A DNA stretch of 64,000 nucleotides from an uncultured Acidobacteriota bacterium. GTDB lineage: Bacteria; Acidobacteriota; Blastocatellia; RBC074. The position numbers and the translations under genes were made by a program. Position 1 is the first letter of the stretch. Every line of letters begins with the position of its first letter. Below the pieces are notes generated by a model. It was not told the DNA's origin. It did no database searches and was given only the letters and a program-made list of their open reading frames with translations. The stretch spans positions 1,056,001 through 1,120,000 of the forward strand of contig CAWCKY010000003.1 in assembly GCA_963796275.1 (NCBI GenBank), read 5' to 3'. This document shows positions 56,653-64,000 of the stretch, piece after piece.

Positions 56653-56939
56653 CATTACGATGACGGGATGCCGCTTGCGGAATGCGGGTCGATAAGAAAC
56701 ATCCACTGAATCCGCATTTCGAAATCCGCATCCCCGACATAAGAACAGGAGCCGCGGCTTATATCAAAATGATGCTGCAACATCATCGAGCCACAGCTCC
56801 TGATCCGAACCACGCAGACGACTAGGAAAATCTCGGCGTGGCCACGAGGGGAGTTTAGAACGCGTAAATGCACACTTGCAAGCGTTCGCTCTATGTCTCC
56901 TGGCCCGCAGGGTTAATTAGATAAAGGAGGCATAGAGTC

Positions 56940-58400
56940 ATGCTGTTTCAAATTTCAACTAACACCGGTCTGTTCGGGAGATCCTTACCGGCAATTTTGG
57001 TTACCCTCATATTATTTATCTCTCTGAGCGGTGTTGCTATCGCACGGATGCCGAACTACGAAATTGCTTTCGATACAGAGAAGGAGACTAAAAAGAAAGA
57101 GCCGACGGAGAAGAAAGCCGACGCCCGGACCGGCACGGCGGAGACGGCGAAGCTGATCGAAGCCCTTGAAGAGCGCATCAGAACGCTCGAAGAGAAACTC
57201 GCCAGGCTCAACGGAGAAGCCCCGGCGCTCACTGCGAAAACAGAAAATGAAATAAAGAGTGGCGAAGTAAAGGGCGATGCGATCGATGAGATCAGGAAAG
57301 AAGTCCAGGATATGAAGGACGAATCCAAGAAGAACGAATCGTTCAACAACTTCTTCCGCAGCGTCGAGGTCAGCGGCGTCGTCGACGGCTATTACGGCTT
57401 CAATAATAACGAGGTCGATATGTTCACCCAGGGGCGGGCCTTCGACGTGCGCCACAACGCCTTCAGCCTGCAGCTGGCCAAGCTGACGCTGGAGCGCAAG
57501 AATTCCAAGGAGAGCCCGCTCGGTTTCCGGGCCGACCTCGGTCTGGGCGATACGGTCGACCGCGTAATCTCGGTCAGCGACTCGAGCCGCAACGACGCGA
57601 CCAAACACGTCCTGCAAGCCTATGCCAGTTACGTGGCGCCGCTGGGCAGCGGATTGACCCTGGATTTCGGCAAGTTCTACACGCCGGTCGGGGCGGAAGT
57701 GGTCGAGACTAAAGACAACTTCAACTATTCGCGCGGGCTGCTCTTCCTCTATGGGCCGTTTTATCACGCGGGGCTGCGGACGAAATACACGGTCAGCGAC
57801 AAGGTCTCCCTGAGCGGGTTCCTGGTGAACGGCTGGGATAACCTGTTCGAGAACAATTTCGATCAGAGAACGACGGGCAAGACGATAGGTTTTCAGCTGG
57901 GTCTGACGCCGTCGAAGAAGTTTGCGATCACGGGGACCTATCTGGGCGGACAGGAGGCGCCGCTGGCGAACGTGCCGGATGTCTCATTGAGAGACAACTG
58001 GCGGAATATCTTCGACTCGGTGGCGACCTATTATCTGACCGACAAGGTGACGCTGCTGGGGAACTTCGTTTACGGGAATGACGGAGACAATCTGGGGAAT
58101 CGGGGATATTGGACCGGGTTCGCCGGATATTTAAAGTTCGCGTTCAATAATCGGCTGGCATTCTCACCTCGATTCGAGGTCTTCAATGACAACGATGGAT
58201 TGAGGACCGGCCGAGCGCAGACGATCAAAGACATCACGCTGACGCAGGAAGTGAAGCTGTTGAACAACTTCCTCACGCGATTCGAGTTTCGTCGCGACTT
58301 CTCGAATCAGCCCTTCTTCACGAACTTTGATGGGATATCGAAGAAGAATCAGAACACTTTCCTGGTCGGCGTTAGCTACTTCTTCACTACCAGAGAGTAG
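56940..58400 (+). CDS. Outer-membrane beta-barrel porin (BBP2/OmpL-like) with N-terminal coiled coil
   Basis: Signal peptide, coiled coil, SGVVDGYY, GKFYTPVGAE, NFNYSR, NGWD, amphipathic strands; AAGGAGG RBS. Confidence 0.8.
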   Translation: MLFQISTNTGLFGRSLPAILVTLILFISLSGVAIARMPNYEIAFDTEKETKKKEPTEKKADARTGTAETAKLIEALEERIRTLEEKLARLNGEAPALTAKTENEIKSGEVKGDAIDEIRKEVQDMKDESKKNESFNNFFRSVEVSGVVDGYYGFNNNEVDMFTQGRAFDVRHNAFSLQLAKLTLERKNSKESPLGFRADLGLGDTVDRVISVSDSSRNDATKHVLQAYASYVAPLGSGLTLDFGKFYTPVGAEVVETKDNFNYSRGLLFLYGPFYHAGLRTKYTVSDKVSLSGFLVNGWDNLFENNFDQRTTGKTIGFQLGLTPSKKFAITGTYLGGQEAPLANVPDVSLRDNWRNIFDSVATYYLTDKVTLLGNFVYGNDGDNLGNRGYWTGFAGYLKFAFNNRLAFSPRFEVFNDNDGLRTGRAQTIKDITLTQEVKLLNNFLTRFEFRRDFSNQPFFTNFDGISKKNQNTFLVGVSYFFTTRE

Positions 58401-58438
58401 TACTGGATGAGGTAGCACCATATGACAACAAGATTTTT

Positions 58439-58515
<77 letters not shown>

Positions 58516-58794
58516 AGCTCCAGCCGCAGAATTATTGTAAATCAAATTTTATAATTACAAAACATTTGAAACATGATTTGCGGAGGTATTTGGCCACCCG
58601 GAGGAATGGTGGACACAAATTAAATATCCGGCCCGCCATTTTTAAATCTGAAAGTTTTTTCTTTCCTTACAGAGATTTTTCATCTTGATTATCGTATGAG
58701 TGATCGGCCTTACGCGACTAGTCAAGCTCCCTTAGTGAAGCGAAAACATGTCGCATACCTTCCGTCCACCCAAACTTTTGAAAGGAGATCACTT

Positions 58795-61599
58795 ATGTCC
58801 CTGCTACAGCTCCCCTGGCTAACTCGACGAGTGTTGACGCTTGGATTGGTGTTTACCCTCGCCGGCTTTATGTTTTTTGCGCAGGCAAATGCGCAAGAAC
58901 ATCTAATTGCAAAAACCACCCTGTTAACAGGTCAACAACCGGCTCCGCAGCCGGGCCAACCTGCTCCTTCAGGTCAGACTCCGGCCCAACCTTCTGGTCA
59001 AACTCCTGGGCAACCGGCGCAGCCAACTCCGCCCCCCGAAAAGCCATTTGCGGACGTCATAAAAGACGCCGAAATCATCAAGGGTCTATTCACCTTCTAT
59101 CGCAAGGATGACAAGGTATGGGTTGAAATCCTGCCCGAACAGTTCGATAAGATTTACCTATGTTCTCCGACGATGGAATCGGGCATCGGCGAGCGCGGTT
59201 TTTTTGCCTCGATGATGCTCAGCGAGTTCGTCTTCTCATTTCATAAGCTCGGTAAAAACGTGCAGTTCATCCAGAAGAACGTCAATTACCGTGCCGATGA
59301 TAAGACGCCCATTCGACGCGCCCTCTCGCGCTCGTTCGCCGATTCGATCATCGGTTCGGCGACTGTGGCCGGTCTGCCGCACCCGGAACGCAAGAGTTAT
59401 CTCGTCGAACTTAACGGTATCTTCCTCTCGGACATCCCGCTCATCGGCTATGCGCTCGAGGCTACTTACCGCTGGCCCTATCGCCTGGACGCGAAGAACG
59501 GCGCCTTTGGAATTGTCAAAGCCTTTCCGCAGAACGTCGAAGTTGAAGCGCTGCTGAACTTCGCCATCGATCGGCCGCCGGTGCCGCCGCTCATGCCGTC
59601 GCCTGCGCCGCTCCAGATGCCGCCTCCGCCCGTCGCGCCGCCCGATGTGCGCAGCCTGCAGTTCCACATCCGTTACAGCCTCTCGACGCTGCCGGAGACC
59701 GGCTATCACGCGCGCCTCGCAGACGATCGAATCGGTCATTTCCTGGCGATGTTTCAGGATTTCACCAGCGACAATGAATACACACCGTATGTGCGCTATG
59801 TCACGCGCTGGCATTTAGAAAAATCCGATCCGAACGCACAGCTATCGACGCCCAAACAGCCGATCGTTTTCTGGCTGGAGAACACCATCCCCGTGAAGTA
59901 TCGGAAGGCGCTCACCGACGGCGTCTTAATGTGGAATAAGGCATTCGAAAGAATCGGGTTTAAGGATGCGATCATGGTCAAACAACAGCCTGACGACGCC
60001 GATTGGGATCCCTCAGATGTACGGTATAACACCATTCGCTGGTTTGTCGCCGCCGACGCCTCATTTGCGATTGGACCGTCGCGCATCAACCCCTACACGG
60101 GCCAGATCTACGACGCGGACATCGGATTTACCGAGAGCATGACACGCTACACCCGGCAGGAGTTCGAGGAATTCGTGACGCCGCTCGCGGAGCATCAGGC
60201 GAACGGTATGGCAGAGTTGTTCAGATGGAAGCCGAATATGCGCCACCTGTGCGATCACGCTAAGGGCGCGGTCCATCAGGCGGCCTTCGGACATAACCTG
60301 CTTATGGCGCGCGGGCTGCTGGCCAATGGGACGGATATCGAGGGGTACATTAGCGAATTTCTAACATATATCGCCGCGCATGAGGTGGGCCACACCCTGG
60401 GGCTGCGCCACAATTTCCGGGCTTCGACGCTTCATCAACTCGATAAATTGCAGGATGTCGCGGCCACGACGGAGAAGGGATTGACCGGCTCTGTCATGGA
60501 CTACACTCCCGTCAACATCGCTCCGCAAGGCGCAAAACAGGGGCAATACTGGCAGACGTCGCTGGGCACCTACGACTACTGGGCGATTGAATACGCTTAC
60601 AAGCCCGTTGCCGGTAGCAAGCCGTCGGATGAACTGCCTGAGCTGCGCAAGATTGCATCGCGCGTGGCCGACCCGTCGCTCGCATATGGGACAGACGAAG
60701 ATGCTTTCGGTATCTCGCCGATCGGTCTGGATCCGCGCACCAACCAGTGGGACTTCGGCGACGATCCTTTGGGCTTCTACACCGAGCGAATTAAGTTGGC
60801 GCACGAGGTATTGAAGGGACTTGAGACGAAGGTGGCGAAGCAAGGCGAGGGGTATCAGAGGTTACGCCGCGGCTTCAACCAGGCTTTCAGCGAACTGGCG
60901 ATCGCCCTCTTGAACGCCAACAAATATGTGGGAGGCGTATACCATCACCGCGATCACGTCGGCGATCCGAACGGCCGGTTGCCCTACGAACCGGTTCCTG
61001 CTGCCAAGCAGCGGCAGGCTCTGGAATTGCTTAAGACGTCCGCGTTCGGCCCGAATTCCTTCGATCTGCCGCCGAGCCTGTTGAATAAGCTGGCGGTTGA
61101 TCGCTTCTGGGACTTCGAAGGTAGCATCTTTCGGGCGCAGCGGCTCGATTACCCGATTCACCAACAAGTCGTCGCGTTGCAACGCGTGCTGCTCGACCGG
61201 CTATTCAATCCGATCGTGCTGGCGCGCCTGCAAGATGCTGAGTTGAAGTATGAGAACCCGCGCGATGCATTCACCATGTCCGATATGTTTGAAGGTGTGC
61301 AGGACGCGGTTTGGTCGGAAGTTAAGCCGGGGGCGACGGCTCAGATCAACAGCTACCGCCGAGCGGTACAGCGCGAACATTTGAAGCGGCTCGCCCGCCT
61401 AGTGCTGCGGGTCGACAACAACACGCCGGAAGATGCCTCGACGCTCGCTCGCTATAATCTCACGCAATTGCGCGGGCGCCTTCAGCAGGTTCTCGCAAAC
61501 GGGAGGACGATGAATACGACCACTCGAGCGCACTTGATGGAATCCGCTGCGCGCATCGACGAAACTCTGAAACCGCAGCAGCAGCGTCTCGTTAATTGA
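58795..61599 (+). CDS. Secreted zinc-dependent metalloprotease (DUF5117/DUF4953, EcxA-like)
   Basis: HEVGHTLGLRHN metzincin motif, SVMDY Met-turn, signal peptide, Pro/Gln-rich N-terminus; AAGGAG RBS. Confidence 0.9.
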   Translation: MSLLQLPWLTRRVLTLGLVFTLAGFMFFAQANAQEHLIAKTTLLTGQQPAPQPGQPAPSGQTPAQPSGQTPGQPAQPTPPPEKPFADVIKDAEIIKGLFTFYRKDDKVWVEILPEQFDKIYLCSPTMESGIGERGFFASMMLSEFVFSFHKLGKNVQFIQKNVNYRADDKTPIRRALSRSFADSIIGSATVAGLPHPERKSYLVELNGIFLSDIPLIGYALEATYRWPYRLDAKNGAFGIVKAFPQNVEVEALLNFAIDRPPVPPLMPSPAPLQMPPPPVAPPDVRSLQFHIRYSLSTLPETGYHARLADDRIGHFLAMFQDFTSDNEYTPYVRYVTRWHLEKSDPNAQLSTPKQPIVFWLENTIPVKYRKALTDGVLMWNKAFERIGFKDAIMVKQQPDDADWDPSDVRYNTIRWFVAADASFAIGPSRINPYTGQIYDADIGFTESMTRYTRQEFEEFVTPLAEHQANGMAELFRWKPNMRHLCDHAKGAVHQAAFGHNLLMARGLLANGTDIEGYISEFLTYIAAHEVGHTLGLRHNFRASTLHQLDKLQDVAATTEKGLTGSVMDYTPVNIAPQGAKQGQYWQTSLGTYDYWAIEYAYKPVAGSKPSDELPELRKIASRVADPSLAYGTDEDAFGISPIGLDPRTNQWDFGDDPLGFYTERIKLAHEVLKGLETKVAKQGEGYQRLRRGFNQAFSELAIALLNANKYVGGVYHHRDHVGDPNGRLPYEPVPAAKQRQALELLKTSAFGPNSFDLPPSLLNKLAVDRFWDFEGSIFRAQRLDYPIHQQVVALQRVLLDRLFNPIVLARLQDAELKYENPRDAFTMSDMFEGVQDAVWSEVKPGATAQINSYRRAVQREHLKRLARLVLRVDNNTPEDASTLARYNLTQLRGRLQQVLANGRTMNTTTRAHLMESAARIDETLKPQQQRLVN

Positions 61600-61846
61600 G
61601 AATGCTGAAGATTCGCTGGAAGAAGGAATTCAGGAGACAAGAATGGAACTGTTCCCCATTCATTCTGGCTTCTGAATTCCTCTTTCCTTTTGTGCTCTAT
61701 TTGTGTTCTATGACATATCTTTGTGTTGTAAAGGTTAATGCTCCACCTTAAATTATTCCCCTTTAACCACTGGAAAAGTCTCAGCCGACGGTGCACAATG
61801 AAACTTTCCCGTTTCTCTAATCGTTTGCGATACTGTCTCAAGGCAT

Positions 61847-64000
61847 ATGATCGGCGAAACCATCTCCCATTACCGTATTATCGAGCGTCTAGGAGCAGGC
61901 GGCATGGGCGAGGTCTACAAGGCAGAGGACCTTCGGCTGCACCGGCCGGTCGCATTGAAGATGATGTTCGTTGATGGAAGGAAGAATGATCCGAGCGATG
62001 AGGCGCGCGCTCGGTTCCTGCGGGAGGCGCGCGCCGCATCAGCTCTCAATCATCCAAACATTGCGACGGTCTATGAGATTGATGAAGTTGTCCGCAATGG
62101 TTCGCGGTACAGTTTTATCGTGATGGAGTTCATTCCCGGACTGACGCTCAAAGAAACCGGGCGCAAATTTACTCTTGCGGAAGATGTGGATATTGCCGCT
62201 CAGATAGCGGATGCGCTATCCGAAGCGCATGACCACGGCATCATCCATCGCGATATCAAGCCATCGAATATCATCGTCAACGAACAGGCCCGCGTTAAGA
62301 TTCTCGATTTCGGAGTGGCCAAGTACAATCCGCGGCCCGATGCGGAGGCTGAAACCGCCAGTCTTTATTCCACCGAACTGATCAAGACCACTCCCGGCAC
62401 GGTCGTCGGGACATTCGCTTATATGTCGCCCGAGCAGGCATTGGGCAAAGAGGTCGATGGGCGGAGCGACATCTTTTCGCTCGGCGTCCTTTTCTATGAG
62501 TTGATTGCAGGGCGAGCGCCATTCACGGGGTCGTCGGCGCTGGCGGTGGTAGACGCAATCCTGCATGCAGATCCGCTCCCGGCGGGCACTTTCAATTTCA
62601 ACATCACCGGTGATTTGGATCGGCTGCTTCAAAAGATGCTCGAGAAGGACAAATCGCGCCGTTATCAGTCGATGCGCGAAGTAGTCCGCGATCTGGACGC
62701 TGTCCGGCAGGGGATCTCGCTTAATCGCGATTCTTTCGATACGAGTACCAGTAATAAAACGATTTTATTTTCTGCCGCAAGCTTGGGTTCTAGCACGCTC
62801 AAAAACCGCCTGGGTCAAAGCATAGCCGTCACCAGTTTCAACAATGTCACGAAGAATCCGACCGATCAGTGGATCGGAACAGGTATTGCCGAGACGGTGA
62901 CGGCGGACATGAAGAAGATAGAAGGGATCACGGTGATCGGGCGCGAGCGGATATTCGAACTTCTGCGGCGTTGGAGCGTCGAACAGGACGAAGAGATTGA
63001 CGAGACGATGGCCACTAGCATCGGGCGAGAAGTCGGCGCGCGCTGGATAGTTTGCGGGGGTTACCAAAAGATCGGCGAGATGTTGCGCATAACCGCGCGC
63101 TTCGTCGAAGTCGAGACCGGAGAGGTTTTAAAGACCGTCAAGATTGACGGGCAGATGAAGGATATCTTCGATCTACAGGACAAGATCGTTTACGAACTCT
63201 CGCGCGACCTCGATTTGAGCCTGCACAGCGGCGAGCGAAAGGGAATAGAGGAGAAGGCGACCGATGTCGTCGAAGCCTATGAGGCCTTCGTCAAAGCGGA
63301 TATTGAGCTCGATAAAGGCAGCCGCGAAAGTATGGAGGAGGCCATCCGGCTTTTTGAGCGAGCGATCGAACTCGATCCGAAATACGCGCACGCCTATGCG
63401 GGATTGGGTTATGCCCTGGCACTCAAAGGTCATTTCCTGACGAAGCCGGAGTATTTCGAGCAAGGGGTTAATTATTTACAAAAAGCCATCGAGCTCAATC
63501 CGTTATTGCCTGACGGCTACAGCGGATTGGGTTTTACATTCACCGGGATGGGGAGGGATGAAGACGCGATCGGCGCATTGCGGCGCGCCTTGTCTTTCGC
63601 TCCGCACGATCCTCTCGCGCACTCCGCGCTCGGCCGCGCTTATCTGATCGGGAAAGGGATGTTTCGCGAAGCGGCGGCGGAATACAAACAAACGCTCAAA
63701 TTGAATCCGCAAGCCGGATGGGTAGCTCAACAACTGGCGCTCTGCTGCTCGTACCTCGGAGATTACGAATCCGGGTTGGAGGCCGCGCGCAAGGCCATCG
63801 AAGCACAAGAGCAATTTATATCCGGCCAGACTGGCATGCAGATCATCGGTTCGTTCGTCCGGCTTGCGCATCTCTACAATTTGCAGGGCCGTTACGACGA
63901 TGCGATTGCCGAGTGCTATCGCGAACTCGTCTTCCTGCGCCAATCGGACCATGCCCTCAAAGAACGGACGATGATCGAAGTCAATCAGAAGCTCGTCAGC
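61847..64000 (+). CDS. Ser/Thr protein kinase with TolB_N-like and TPR domains (3' truncated, absent from the ORF track)
   Basis: MIGETISHYRIIERLGAGGMGEVYKA, VALK, HRDIKPSN, DFG, YMSPEQ; TPRs follow; open to the window end. Confidence 0.93.
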   Translation, partial: MIGETISHYRIIERLGAGGMGEVYKAEDLRLHRPVALKMMFVDGRKNDPSDEARARFLREARAASALNHPNIATVYEIDEVVRNGSRYSFIVMEFIPGLTLKETGRKFTLAEDVDIAAQIADALSEAHDHGIIHRDIKPSNIIVNEQARVKILDFGVAKYNPRPDAEAETASLYSTELIKTTPGTVVGTFAYMSPEQALGKEVDGRSDIFSLGVLFYELIAGRAPFTGSSALAVVDAILHADPLPAGTFNFNITGDLDRLLQKMLEKDKSRRYQSMREVVRDLDAVRQGISLNRDSFDTSTSNKTILFSAASLGSSTLKNRLGQSIAVTSFNNVTKNPTDQWIGTGIAETVTADMKKIEGITVIGRERIFELLRRWSVEQDEEIDETMATSIGREVGARWIVCGGYQKIGEMLRITARFVEVETGEVLKTVKIDGQMKDIFDLQDKIVYELSRDLDLSLHSGERKGIEEKATDVVEAYEAFVKADIELDKGSRESMEEAIRLFERAIELDPKYAHAYAGLGYALALKGHFLTKPEYFEQGVNYLQKAIELNPLLPDGYSGLGFTFTGMGRDEDAIGALRRALSFAPHDPLAHSALGRAYLIGKGMFREAAAEYKQTLKLNPQAGWVAQQLALCCSYLGDYESGLEAARKAIEAQEQFISGQTGMQIIGSFVRLAHLYNLQGRYDDAIAECYRELVFLRQSDHALKERTMIEVNQKLVS

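Overview
64 kb of GC-rich bacterial chromosome, most consistent with an Acidobacteriota (Blastocatellia-like) genome; this is an inference from the wHTH/TolB_N-like regulator, the kinase-TPR protein, DUF1080, mqnC and the REP types. It is mostly housekeeping: a long minus-strand run (acyl-CoA DH, uvrD, rimO, pgpA, cinA, plsY, gpsA, GNAT, smpB, RraB-domain membrane protein, pepA, fbaB, glpK); purF-purM, an island, then purN; fabI; tadA, two tRNA-Ser, ffs, dnaX-ybaB-recR; pepP and mqnC; gltB; glnD-amtB-glnK-porin; a secreted zinc protease; and a kinase-TPR gene cut by the window end. No CRISPR array, prophage or intact transposase was seen. The most interesting signals are mainly non-coding. (1) A sigma54 promoter with paired upstream sites before glnD-amtB-glnK-porin, plus a TGTATCA-type motif shared with the gltB leader. 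(2) A gltB leader with mutually exclusive hairpins. (3) A rod-like candidate ncRNA with its own terminator inside an island that splits the pur operon. (4) A recurrent family of heptamer-repeat hairpins at gene ends. (5) Several REP-like elements, including an 86/87-bp tandem array between plsY and gpsA. (6) A membrane-anchored, ZipA-like RraB-domain protein overlapping smpB. Three single-base frameshifts, one in tadA, suggest residual assembly errors. All protein identities come from recognised motifs, not database searches.
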